Assembly: GCA_024704765.1 (NCBI GenBank)
Contig: JAKMXF010000353.1
Location: forward strand, 62,001-126,000
DNA: 64,000 bases
Direction of reading: 5' to 3'
Source: Oopsacas minuta
Lineage: Eukaryota > Animalia > Porifera
The notes below the pieces were generated by a model, which saw only the letters and a program-made list of their open reading frames with translations, did no database searches and was not told the DNA's origin. Every line of letters begins with the position of its first letter. Positions within the stretch are counted from its first letter, which is position 1. Shown piece after piece: positions 46,378-58,984 of this stretch. The position numbers and the translations under genes were made by a program.

Positions 46378-48330
46378 ATGGCAACTGAATCCGTGGAATA
46401 TCTCGAACCCGAGATAGGTAAATCTTTGTGTCGAGTCAGAAGACAAAATGGAAATTTGGGTGGTTATAGGACAGATCTTTTGGTTGAAAATATTTCAAAG
46501 ACAGATATGGCTGCATTGGTTTGTAAGCGTTGCCAAGGAATCTTAAGAAAGGCATATTTTTCGGCTACTAGCGGCGAGCATTTTTGTAAATGTTGTAAGA
46601 ATTTGCTGGAACCAGCAGAGCCAAACGAACAAGTGAGGAAAATAGTCCACTCACTGAAAAGCTCGTGTCCTTTATACGACAGAGGTTGTGAAGGAATAGG
46701 AAAGCTGGGAAAATGTGCGAAGCATCTCACTATATGTGAGTTTGTTTATGAACAATGCGAACTAGGCTGTGAGATAGTGTTACCACGTCATGAGCTCAAA
46801 ATACATATGAGAGAACATTGTGCACAACGTGAAATTACCTGTGAGTATTGTGATCAATATTTCAAAGTGTGTGATATGGGTTACCATATGAATCAGTGTG
46901 ACAAAATGCAACTAACAAGTGAGCTGGGATGTGACACAGCGATGTGTCGTGAGGATATGGCACAACACTTAGAGAAATATTGTCGTCGTGTGATAGAGCA
47001 TTGCAAACTAGGTTGTGGAATTGAGTTACCACGTGATGAGCTCGAGATGCATATGAATAATGAGTGTGTACAACATATGATACCTTGTAAGCATTGTAAG
47101 AGAGATTTCAAAGTTTGTGACATGCGTAACCATTTGGAAGAGTGCCCAAAAATGCTACTAAATTGTGAACTAAAATGTGGCACAGTGATGTGTCGCGAGG
47201 ATATGCCACATCATTTAGAGAAAGATTGTGGTCGTGTGATAGAGCATTGCAAACTATACTGTGGAATAGTGTTACCACGTGAGGAACTGAAAATTCATAT
47301 GAAGGAAAAGTGTGAATATCGTAAAGTAGCATGTGAGGATTGCAAGAAAGATTTCGAATTTTGTGATATGTTAATACACCAACCAAAATGTCCAAAGGTT
47401 CGACTGAAATGTAAAGAAGGATGTGGCACAACCGTGGATCGTGAGGATATGGCACAACATCTAGAGAAAGATTGTGGTCGTGTGGTAAGGAGATGCAAAC
47501 TAAGATATGGAAAAATAGTACCACGTGATGAACTCAATATTCATATGAAGGAAAAGTGTGTACAACGTATGATACCTTGTGAGCATTGTAACATAGATTT
47601 CAAAGCTTGTAACATGTCTAACCACAATAAAAAGTGCAAAAAAATGCCACTATCTTGTGAATTAGGATGTGGCACAACGGTGAGTCGCGAGAAAATGGCA
47701 AAACACATAGGGGAAGAATGTGTAGAGAAGAAGGTAGAGTGTCCGTTTATAAAGTACAAGTGTGAAGTAGGACTAATCAAGAGGAAGAAACTCAATCAAC
47801 ATTTGGAGGAGAAGAGGACTGAACACACAGAATTGAAACTCAGTGCTATGGAAGAGATTGTTATGCAACAGAGCGAAATGATTAGAAAATTTTCTAACAG
47901 ATTTACAGCACTTTGTTCCATCACCAAAACCACTAAACTCAAATGGAAAATTGGAAATATAAGAAATAATTTATCCTCCAACCTTTCTTTAACTTCTCCA
48001 CTATATGAAGTTGCTGGATTCAAATTCAATTTCAATTTATCGAGTTATGCCTCTATAAATATTCATTTCCCAAACCAGGAAACGTCCAAATTTGCTTCTG
48101 GCAAACTAAACTGGCCTTTCAAAGCAAAATTTCTATTTCGTTTGATTTGTCATAACGATCCAAATGGCACATTGGAATATAGAAGCAGAATTGAAATAAA
48201 GCAGAAAGATTGCAATAAATCTGGATACATCAGTGATCCTGTTGCTCAAATAAATGCTGAACATGCAACTAATATGTACTATATGATAGATGGAGGGATT
48301 GATCTGGAGATATTTGTAATTTTACAATAA
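46378..48330 (+). CDS. TRAF-like protein copy 4, intact, 650 aa, four ~84-aa triple-zinc-finger modules
   Basis: Uninterrupted ORF with the same architecture; MATH-like end LKWKI...LNWPFKAKFLFRLI...IDGGIDLEIFVILQ. Confidence 0.9.
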   Translation: MATESVEYLEPEIGKSLCRVRRQNGNLGGYRTDLLVENISKTDMAALVCKRCQGILRKAYFSATSGEHFCKCCKNLLEPAEPNEQVRKIVHSLKSSCPLYDRGCEGIGKLGKCAKHLTICEFVYEQCELGCEIVLPRHELKIHMREHCAQREITCEYCDQYFKVCDMGYHMNQCDKMQLTSELGCDTAMCREDMAQHLEKYCRRVIEHCKLGCGIELPRDELEMHMNNECVQHMIPCKHCKRDFKVCDMRNHLEECPKMLLNCELKCGTVMCREDMPHHLEKDCGRVIEHCKLYCGIVLPREELKIHMKEKCEYRKVACEDCKKDFEFCDMLIHQPKCPKVRLKCKEGCGTTVDREDMAQHLEKDCGRVVRRCKLRYGKIVPRDELNIHMKEKCVQRMIPCEHCNIDFKACNMSNHNKKCKKMPLSCELGCGTTVSREKMAKHIGEECVEKKVECPFIKYKCEVGLIKRKKLNQHLEEKRTEHTELKLSAMEEIVMQQSEMIRKFSNRFTALCSITKTTKLKWKIGNIRNNLSSNLSLTSPLYEVAGFKFNFNLSSYASINIHFPNQETSKFASGKLNWPFKAKFLFRLICHNDPNGTLEYRSRIEIKQKDCNKSGYISDPVAQINAEHATNMYYMIDGGIDLEIFVILQ

Positions 48331-48636
48331 ACGTATTTGTTTAGTGAAAATACCATCAAAATATTTGTTGTAATTTGTGAATATTTCTTATGTGTATTAC
48401 TATAATAATTCGCTAATTATTTTAGGATGTTTATTAGGTGTTAAATAAGTATTCGCCCAAATGTGAGCCATTAAGTCGTTCTATTCTGACCAAGTAAACC
48501 GATTACATGATACCCCATAGACTATGAGGGTCAGGTATCCAACTAGATTTATCCAGCATTGCTAGGCACTAAAGTAAATATAATGTTACCCCAAGTATTT
48601 ATAATCAAGAAATGATTTGATAATGAATTTTATGAA

Positions 48637-49948
48637 ATGGCTGAGAAGTCCTTTGAAAATGAATCAAATGATCCAGAATTATTAATAGACGCAAAACAAC
48701 TATTCCTACCCCAGATAGGAAGGGAGTTGTGTCGAGTCAGAGATTCGGACGTAATAGGCCCTAGGCACTACTCTGACATTGGAAGGGCAGTTGACAAGTT
48801 TAGTTCCCAATCTTCAAACGACAACCGGATAGTTCACTTAAGCAAACAGGGTTCGGGAGAAGGACACGTAATCCGAGCAGATTCCCTTAATATAGGAGGG
48901 AGCCTAGGATGCAGATATAAATCAGACAGAGGAGAATTTCGAGGTTATAGGCAAGATATCCTAAAAGAAAATTTATCCAAAAGAGAGAGTACATTCCTGT
49001 TATGTAATCGTTGTAAAGGAATTATGAGAGAGGCCTGCATATCATCTAACGGGGAACAATTTCGTGAGTGTTGTAGGAAACTCAGGCCACGTGACCTGTA
49101 TGAATATACTAGCCTGAATACACACGTCAGGAACACAATCCTCTCACTCAAGTGCTCATGTACTTCACACTTGTGCTTTATAAACGGACACTCTATCATC
49201 TTTTCAACACACTCCTCCTTTAGGTGTCGGGCCATGTCCTCACGACAAGCCACTGTGCCACATCCTAGTTCACATTTTAGTGGCATTGCGGGACACTTTC
49301 AATCAACATTTGGAGGAGAAGAGGACTGAACACACAGAATTAAAACTCAGTGCTTTGGAAGAGATTGTTATGCAACAGTGCGAAATGATTAATGAACAGG
49401 GTGGAATTAATGATAAACAAAACGAATTGATATCGAAACAGGGCAAGGAGATAGAGGAACAAAAAGATTTGATTTCGAAACAGAAAGAGACATTAAATGA
49501 ACAAAAGGATTTGAATTCTAAACATAGAGAAAGGATTACAACACTACGTGCCGTCACTAAAACCACAATTGAAGCATGGAGAATTGAAAACTTGCGAGGT
49601 ATTTTATTCTTGAACTCACCACCATCTTATAAACCTTTTGAAGTTGTTGGTTTTAAACTCAATGTAGGCTTTTCAGATACTGTCTCAATAAGTATGCATT
49701 TCCCACCTCAGGTAGTCTCTCAAACTAATAAACTAGAATGGCCTTTCAGGGCAATATTTGCAATTCGTTTGCTATGTCATATCAAGCCTTCTGATACCTG
49801 GGAATTCAGAAGTAAATTGATTGAAGTAAAGCATAAAGATTATACTAAGAAGCAGTACAGTTGTAAAATAGTTGAAATACCTGCAAATAATGGAATCTTT
49901 CTCAGAGATGGAGGAATTGATCTTCAAATATTTGTAATTTTACAATAA
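48637..49948 (+). pseudogene. TRAF-like copy 5, rearranged: zinc-finger block deleted and a ~135-bp remnant inverted
   Basis: Forward N-terminus to ...LSLKCSC, then 49161-49297 encodes ECPAMPLKCELGCGTVACREDMARHLKEECVEKMIECPFIKHKCEV on the minus strand, then the forward coiled coil and MATH-like end resume. Confidence 0.85.
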
Positions 49949-50282
49949 ATGAAGTTGTTTACTGGAAATACCATCCAATATTTGTTATAATATTTACAAT
50001 ATTTTGTTTGCTAATTTTATATATTATCAAATTTTATTGTTGTTTGAAATAATTACATATTTCCTCAACTATGAGCGAAGAAAATCTCGTACGATTCCGG
50101 CCAAGTGAACTGATTGTACTTTCCGAATAGACTCTGGGTAACGGGCCGTTTAACCTTATGAATTTATCCACAGCCTTAAGTGTCTGATTACAAACTCAAC
50201 ATGATACTCTAAATAATGAATATGTTCATTGATAGATTAGATATTTTGAAATGGCGGATTTGTCTTTTGGAGATGATTCACA

Positions 50283-50328
<46 letters not shown>
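50283..50328. repeat. (ATT)n microsatellite upstream of TRAF copy 6
   Basis: About 15 ATT units; the paralogous flank upstream of copy 4 (about 46282-46298) has only about 5. Confidence 0.9.
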
Positions 50329-50329
<1 letters not shown>

Positions 50330-50445
50330 GCCAGTCATTACGATATCTCAGTACAATCTTCATCACTAAAGTATTTTGTTACAAATTTAAGGTTAAACTC
50401 AAATGATATATAATAAGAAATGAACTGCTAATATAATAATATGAA

Positions 50446-52383
50446 ATGGCTGAGAAGTCTATTGGAGGGGCACCGGAATTATTAATAGACCTAGAACAAC
50501 CACTCCTACCAGAGATAGGAAGAGAATTATGTCGAGTCAGAGTCAGAGATTCAGACGTTAAAGGCAAACAGGGTTCGGGAGAAGCACACGTAATCCGAAC
50601 AGATTCCCTAAATATGGGAGGGATCCCAGGGACCACAGGATATAAATCAGACAGAGAAGAATTTCGAGGTTATGGGAGAGATATTCTAACAGAAAATTTA
50701 GCGGAAAGAGAGAGTACATTCCTGTTATGTAATCGTTGTAAAGGAATTATGAGAGAGGCTTGCATATCAACTAACGGAGACAATTTTGTGAGTGTTGTAG
50801 GAAACGTGAAGAATTTTACAACTTGTATGAAAGCTATGAACAAACATTCCGAATACACATGTGAGGAACACAATCCTCTCTCTCAAGTGCTCGTGTCCTT
50901 TACTAGAACGGGGCTGTGAGTGGCTAGGAACACTAGGAGAATGTGAGAACCATCTTGATGTGTGTAGTCATGTTCATGAGAAATGTAAACTATACTGTGG
51001 AATAGTGTTACCACGTGAGGAACTGAAAATTCATATGAAGGAAAAGTGTGAATATCGTAAAGTAGCATGTGAGGATTGCAAGAAAGATTTCGAATTTTGT
51101 GATATGTTAATACACCAACCAAAATGTCCAAAGGTTCGACTGAAATGTAAAGAAGGATGTGGCACAACCGTGGATCGTGAGGATATGGCACAACATCTAG
51201 AGAAAGATTGTGGTCGTGTGGTAGAGAAATGCAAACTAGGATGTGGAAAAATAGTACCACATGATGAGCTCAATATGCATGTGAATGAAAAGTGTTTACA
51301 ACGAATGATTACATGTGAGTACTGTCATATAGATTTCAAAGCTTGTGATATGTTTCAGCACCAGGCAAATGTCCAAAGGTTCGACTGAAATGTGTAAAAG
51401 GATGTGACACAACATTGGATCGCGAGAAAATGGCACATCATCTAGAGAAAGATTGTGGCCGTGTGATAGAGAATTGCAAACTAGGATGTGGAAAGAAGCT
51501 ACCACGTGATGAGCTCAATATGCATGTGAATGAAAAGTGTTTAGAACGTATAATACCATGTGGGTACTGTCATATAGATTTCAAAGCTTATAACAAGTCT
51601 TACCACAATAAAAAGTGCAAAAAAATGCCAATATCATGTGAACTAGGATGTGGCATACTGGTGTGTCGTGAGGACATGGCACGACACATAGAGGAGGAAT
51701 GTGTAGAGAAGAAGGTAGAGTGTCCGTTTATACAGTACAAGTGTGAAGTAGGACTAATCAAGAGGAAGGAACTCAATCAACATTTGGAGGAGAAGAGGAC
51801 TGAACACACAGAATTGAAACTCAGTGCTATGGAAGAGATTGTTGTGCAACAGAGCGAAATGATTAATAAAAAGAACGAAAGAATTAATACACAGGATAAA
51901 ATGATTACTAAACAGGATAAAATGATTACTAAACAGGATAAAATGATTGCCAAACAGGATAAAATGATTGCTAAACAGAGTGAAAGAATTGCTATACAGA
52001 ACGAACAACTTAAAGCGCTATTTTCCAACGCCAATACCATTAAGTTAGAATGAAGAATTCCAAACGTGGTAAAATTTATAAAATATTGCACTCCCTCAAC
52101 TTCTCAACAATTTCGAGTTGATAGGTTTAACTTTACTTTAGAGCTAATATATGGCTCAATATACATTCATTACCCGCGACAGAAATTATCTAAAGTCAAA
52201 GTACATTTTATATTTCGTATTATTAGCCCTAGCAACTCTGATGCCATTTGGGAAACTAAAAGTAATATAATAGTAATAAAGCAGAAAAGTGGCGAAAGAT
52301 ATGGTATTGCTAAAATCCCTCCAAGAGAAGAATTCATCAGAGATAATGGTATAGATCTTGAAATATTTGTAACTTTACTCTAA
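50446..52383 (+). pseudogene. TRAF-like copy 6, with frameshifts and a premature TGA at 52051-52053
   Basis: Homology is spread over ORFs 50446-50919, 50861-51388, 51415-52053 and 52066-52383; AAGTTAGAATGA stands where paralogs have ...GAATGG (Trp). Confidence 0.85.
51892..51975 (+). repeat. Four tandem 21-bp repeats encoding QDKMI(T/A)K in the coiled coil of TRAF copy 6
   Basis: CAGGATAAAATGATT(A/G)C(T/C)AAA x4. Confidence 0.9.
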
Positions 52384-54931
52384 ACAAAGTTATTACTAGT
52401 TACCAGTTGTTAATACATATGAATATTGCTGTTAGTTAATCTTCTATCTCTTGTATAGTTAATTCCTTACTCGGTATTGAATAATACAGTAGACTAAGCT
52501 TAATGCTAGCCTCGATAATCTGTTACTTTGTACCTAAAATAGAGTGATAACTGGAGACATTTGGATGCAAATTTCGTTGCTAACCTACCTTTCTGTATAT
52601 TTCTAAATTGTTCGATATTCCTTATATTTCCAAAGGAATTCTCAAAATATTTTCATTTCCCACTTTCGAAATATCGAACTGATATTTGCCGTATCTACTA
52701 TCAGGAAATTTTCTGCTATTTCGTATTGTATTGGAGATTTTAACAGATACTAATATTAGCCAAAAATTGTCTGATACACAACTTATCATTATCAGGATGT
52801 CATACTTACCAACCCTTTAAAACTATTTCCCTGGATGCATTTCTCAAAATCCCTGGGTCTTCCAAAAATTCCCTGGATTTCAAATATTCTATGTAAAAAC
52901 TATCAATTTTTCCCTCTTTTTAGAACACATCCAAAATTCAATATTTCCCTGGATTTTCCATTATTCCTTGGATTATACGTCAAATCACTGGAAAATCCAG
53001 AGATCCCTGAATGTTTGATAATTATGGAATATGTACAATAGAATATAGTTGTATTACATTACGTATAGCTGTAATTATATAACTTGATATTATTTATATT
53101 TTATACACTTTCTGTTACTATTATTCTATTTACTCTAGTAAAGATATCTCCAAATATTTATTAGTCTTAATTCAAGAAAAAGTTGAATAATTTCATTGCT
53201 AATTATTGTTGTTCAATTTTACAGCTCCTTGTAGCCACACTAATCCCCTGGAATAGGCTGTTACACCATAATCTTATTCGGATAAGACATAACTAACGGC
53301 CTGGCCTCAATTCCATATATACCTTTCTACAATACTAAATTGTATCCAATTCTATTGCAGACTAAAACATTATACTTAGTGGTTAGACCCTGTCACTTTA
53401 GCCCTGGATTTAGTTAGCCGAGTAACTATTAACCGCTCTTATCCGTTAAGCACAATGATATCATATATTTGGTAATAATATTGCCATTTCTTAGACAAGA
53501 TAAAAGGTTCAAATAGTCATCTTCATCTAGTTTAGGCGCAATTATGCGATGATGTGTTCATTTATACCACTCGAGTGTTTTCATTTTTTGTGGAACAACG
53601 ACAAGTAATATCCTAATTGATTTTAGATGTTTATTTTGTTCATTTACTTTACAATTAGGATTAATCCAAGTCCGACGATATCTTATTGGAAGAAGATTAC
53701 ACAATTTATAACTTGTACATGAAAACAATATATTTATGATAAGTTTACCTATGAATCAATCGAAAACAAATATCTTGACGGGTAATTGATTGACGCAAAT
53801 TTGTTGAATATTTATACCGTTAGGATGATTGGAAGGAAATATTTAAAAAATTGAATCTATATTATTAAATCTCAATTTGTTGTTTTTCCGTTGATTTTTA
53901 AATATATTGTTGTTTTATGAATAGGCTTACTATAAATAGCTACCCAGGGGGAACTAAGTACGCTGAATCCGAATTGCGTTTCCAAGGTTCTCATATATAA
54001 ATTTATTGTTGTTTTTACGAATATAAAGTAAACAAATTGTTGAAATATGTATTTATTAATTCAATTTTGCAATTTTATACTTTGCTAAGGTATAAAGTGC
54101 CGAGCTCCATGCGAACACAAAGTGTTCGCAAGCCCGAGCTCAAACAAGCAAAGCGGCTCGTATTTACAATTTTCATTGTTTTGATGAGTGAATTTGCTAT
54201 GATGTCATATTTTGAATTGAGCCTAAACTAAATGTAGGCCTGGGGTTTGAACTTTTAACTAGTCTATCTTGATGCCTTGAAGTTTTGAACCTAAAGAAGT
54301 TCAACTCCCAAACATTATACTAATATTTTCTTTTACTGTGGTGTATACAACTAGACTTGTTTTTATTGTGATTCGGAAAGGAATGACATCTCGTCACCGT
54401 TCTAGCACTTCCTTGTAACGTAAATTTCATCAATATTTTGATAAGTTTTGTATTTTGTGTCTTCAATTTTCTTTTATATACATCCCTATTATATTATAGT
54501 TTGATTATAATTATATTATTTCACTAAATATTTGGGCTTCTTATTGTACTCAGTGGTCTTTAATATTCATAGTTTTATAGAAAGTCTCACAGATCCTATC
54601 ACTTCGGATTGATGTAAACACAATCTCCCTTTGATTTTACCTTCTAATTTTGAATTTCTCTGGGAATTTGAAATTAATCAATAATTCATATCCAAATTCA
54701 CATAAATATGCTCATTTTGGTAGGTAAGATTGGAAATAGCCATCCATATTATTTCAAATGCCTGCGAAATTCAACTGTTCCTATGGAAATCTTAACAATT
54801 AGACAAATGGCAACATTGAATGTTCTTAGTTTCGAATTTTCATTCGAAGGAATGACAGGGTCAAGAAGTAACTGAAACAGAGCATTCGTTCGACTCAACT
54901 AGATACCTGTTCAGTTCGTTTGGTCCATTTT

Positions 54932-55300
54932 ACATACGATAGTTCTAGTTCATTAAAATTTCAATCAGAATAATCAAGTGATAAGTATTCTATTACAAGG
55001 TATCACCAATTAACATGAAGTGTTAAGTATATTGAAACGATGTGTATAAATGGACCATAAATCTTTTAAATACAACAATTTATCCAAATAACAAGAAGAA
55101 ATACAGCATTTATTAAAGGCAAATTTCTCATTGGATATTCATATTTCTATTACTAATAGTACTGCATGTTAGTAGACAACTACTGGAATTTAATAAGATA
55201 TTACGATTGCAACACCTGCTGTAGCCTTAGGAATTTTTAGCTATAATATAATTATACATACATAGCATAACATTTAATATCAGACAGATATGTAATTGAG
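54932..55300. repeat. Inverted duplicate of the bZIP gene flanks, lacking the CDS
   Basis: 54932-55122 is the reverse complement of 62137-62327; 55124 to about 55300 matches about 61470-61637. Confidence 0.9.
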
Positions 55301-56037
55301 ATTTAATAATACTTTCCACAGGTGCTAATCTAAGGCTACTGTTTTTTGGAAACTTGTTTCAGCTCCACCGCCTACATCTTATTTGGCTTCCGCATGAATA
55401 TTGTCATTATTGTCATCATTTCACCATTTACTCAAACTAGCTAATAGATCAATGTAAATGACTTTTTCTTCGTCCAGCATAGGATAATATCAAATTTGAC
55501 TTCAGTCATTTTCATATTTTTTATGGATGAACCAATTTTCCCGCTGATGCGTCACAAATCATGTCGCTTAAATGATAGGTTATGGTTCACTAACAACACT
55601 TAGTTTTGCATAATTTTGAGCTTAGAAATATTTAATACAAAATTATGAGAATTTGAATGAGACTAGACACTCAATTAATTATTGATACTAATAGAATGAT
55701 GCTATGTTTCTGGGATATTTGGACCTTTTCATAAATTATTGTTAAAGCAATGGTGAAAATTTAGTTAAACCTGATGTTAAAATGCTTTTTACTTAGGTTG
55801 TTTCTACGAAAAATTTCAGGAGTGCTTTAATTGATTCAGTTGTTCATGATATATTTACTATCATCATTGAACATTGGCGCAGCTAGGATCATGAGTCAGG
55901 GTGTGAAAGATGACGTCGTGGCTTTCATTCTCACCCGCCCCATACATTTCCTATTATGGTGGAGCAAAATCTGGGTAGGCACTATCCACTCACAAACTTA
56001 ATATTTGCTTAACTTTCATTTGGTAGAATATTTGATA

Positions 56038-56145
56038 ACCGAAGCTGGGGATATTCATTGGTATAGCCGCAAGTAGGACCATATTCTGAGGGCCACCAAA
56101 ATTGTCCTAGTTGCGCCTATGCCATTGAATATCCCCAGCTTCGGC
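56038..56145. mobile_element. ~108-bp TA-flanked MITE
   Basis: 19-bp perfect inverted repeat CCGAAGCTGGGGATATTCA (56039-56057) and TGAATATCCCCAGCTTCGG (56126-56144); TA on both sides. Confidence 0.75.
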
Positions 56146-58984
56146 TATGGAATATTGGAGAATATTTACTGTTTGAAGCAGATTGAAATATATCCGTCAA
56201 AATGATAACAACTGTTCAAAATTTGTGTGGAACTAATCACAATAAATTCTGATCTAAATTCTAACGAAGCACCCACATTACCATTGGCGTAAATCCGTTC
56301 GGAAAAGTAAGGGGGATGATGTATTATACTATAATTATCAATAAAGGTATAAATTCAAGATTTAGTAATTGTGGTGTCAGAAGTACACAAGGCTATCTAC
56401 AACTATAAAATGAAAATTCCATATATTTTTCTAAATGATATAAAATTATAAATATATTTAATATTATTATAGTTCTGTTACAAATACTCCAATTATACAA
56501 TTCTATTAACATAATTATGAAAAAGATTTGCTTTAAAAATACTCGGAATATACTCCTTTAGAGTGTCCTCGATCCTCTGACCCAAATGGGGGGAAATCCA
56601 CCACAAAAAGTAGGGGGATATATGTATGCAGCATCCTCCCACCCAAAAGTGGGGGAGATGATTGTATGGAGCATCCCCCAAGTAAAAAAAGTTGGGGATA
56701 TACGCCCATGCACATTACCTTACCCATCGATAATCCTCATATTACCCCACTTATGGTAATTACCCTGAGGGTTGGGAACCCCTGATCTGGTTTAATCAAT
56801 ACATATATTAATTTATATTCATGTAGATATCACGCTATCAATATCATGCTTTATGTTAATTACACCAGAGAGACTTATTGGATATTATTTAATCCAATTT
56901 ATGAAACGATGATCCATCTCTATTATGATGTAATTGATCTAAATTAGTGATAAAATGTTATTAATTATTAATTGTAGAATACTTGAATGTTTGACTTTAG
57001 ACTAGTTTCTTAACACTCCACACAAATTAAGACTAATAAAAGGAAATCAGCATAATAACAATCTACAAATGTAATTTTCGTTGTGTCCTAAAATTTTAAA
57101 CCTACTAATATTTAGAATTTATCAAGATCTATTCTAAAGAAGAACCAGACCTCTATGTGAATTACATACGTGTCTACATGTTTGGACAAAAATAAATCAT
57201 CGTTTTTATCAAGAAAATAAACAGAATCCAAAAAGATTTGACAAAATACATGGAACATGCTAAATCCGATTTCACACTAAATAAAACAACAATAACAAAG
57301 TAATATGTACTGTTGTTTTTATTTATACTGGTGCCCTTCGCTTGCTAGTTATAGAGCAAGTCTCTAACGATATTTTGAGATTTAGGTAATTTACACCACG
57401 GAAATAATTTGTATATTTACTTTATATTCATAAAAACAACAAATAAATATGTATACATATGATTAATTCTAAAGTGTGAAATAGGATTCAGCATATTCGA
57501 TATATTTAGTCAAGTTTTATTCAATTATGTTTACTTTCTTTTTTAACACTATAATTGCAATACATAGCTATACTACATCTCAGAATTGAGGAATTCGAAT
57601 TAATATAGCATTCCATAGATCCTTTCCTTGGTAACGAACAAACAAACAGACCATAAGCGTTGAATCCGGGGGAACTGTGGGGTCGAGCCCCCTCGTTTGG
57701 TAACAGCCCCATAAAGCTAATACGAAATATATCTGTGAGCCCCCTGATCGTCCATGTTGCCAGGAAGTTCGGCGCCCCTGAAACAATCAATAGTTTATTT
57801 TATTGAGAGTATAGGCCATAGTGTTTTGCTATACATAATGTCCAATAATTTCCACTAAATACCCCTTGGGATATAATACTCATAAACTCCAGTATTAATT
57901 ATATAACTAAAGGATATGTAGCTTTGAAAGTTACGCCTTAGAGGCTGACTGGATACTAATTTATTTAGAGAGGATTATCCATCTCTATTACCAATTAATC
58001 AAGTTATTTATCATTACAGAAATCCAGAATATTTGGCTAGTTTTTTTCTCACTAAAATTTTTACACATTATTTGATTTAGTTAGACTACTACCAGCTGCT
58101 ACCATAATTACTCTGGAGTTTTAAGTAACTTTCAACTGATAATTTATATCTTTTAAGGAAGTAATATTTTATTTGCAGTGAATGTTTAATACAAGTAAGA
58201 ACAACACAAAGCGCTGGTTCACTGTTAGAGTTCAGATATTCTTTTTAAGTTGACATCCACTACATCTGCTCATTCTGGTGTTCAAGAGACACAAAAATGA
58301 TCCAAGAAAATAATAAATTATGCAGAAATAATCATAGTTCATATTACGCAATAACTATGTAAGTTTCCCAATATTGTACATGACAATAAGTATTGCAAAA
58401 TACTCGAACTATGCGAATATACGTTCAGTTTGTGTGAGTATTCAGCTCAATTTCTTTGCGAATGTAAATATCTTGTTTATACAATGATTATTGTCGAATT
58501 CGAGAATGCTATATTCGATTCAACAGACGTAGGTACTAGCCATGAATGTGATCTTAGGTCGGAAATTGTGAAAATCAAACCTTCATATGAAATCACATTT
58601 TTAGCTGGAAATGAAATTTGGCCATTTTTGCATTTATTCATAGCAAGGTTGCCAATCCAAGCCAATCTAATGGATTATTATTGCCGATTGCTGCATTTTC
58701 TTTCAGAATTTTGTCGCGAAGATTTGGGAAACCCTATGAGAATTCCAATAAAGAGATCTTGTGGTAATGGGATGGGAATTGGAATTGAAATTCCGTTTCC
58801 ATCGAAACCGTTTCGACCTGCCCACTTTCCAAATATGTGCGTGTCTGGATCCGTCCACATTAGCACAATCATTGCATATGGGAATTGAATTGGATTGATG
58901 AAATTTTCTTCGATCAATATGTTTCAATCTATTGTTTGCTTTCGAAATATTGTCCAATATGAACATAATAGAAGAGGTCTAGGG

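Noticed and set aside
46990-47500. Regularly spaced repeats as a CRISPR-like array
   Set aside because: These are coding zinc-finger modules in a eukaryotic gene; there are no unique spacers and no cas genes.
40518-51505. Many His/Ser/Cys-rich ORFs antisense to the TRAF genes
   Set aside because: They are reverse-frame shadows of repetitive zinc-finger codons and are duplicated only because the sense genes are.
53200-54900. Possible decayed gene or P-element/THAP-like transposase (a DEIYV-like peptide on the minus strand)
   Set aside because: Only a few residues between many stops; not enough to support a call.
58430-58966. Overlapping ORFs on both strands next to the hAT insertion
   Set aside because: Slightly GC-richer and possibly a decayed gene, but no frame gives a recognisable domain.
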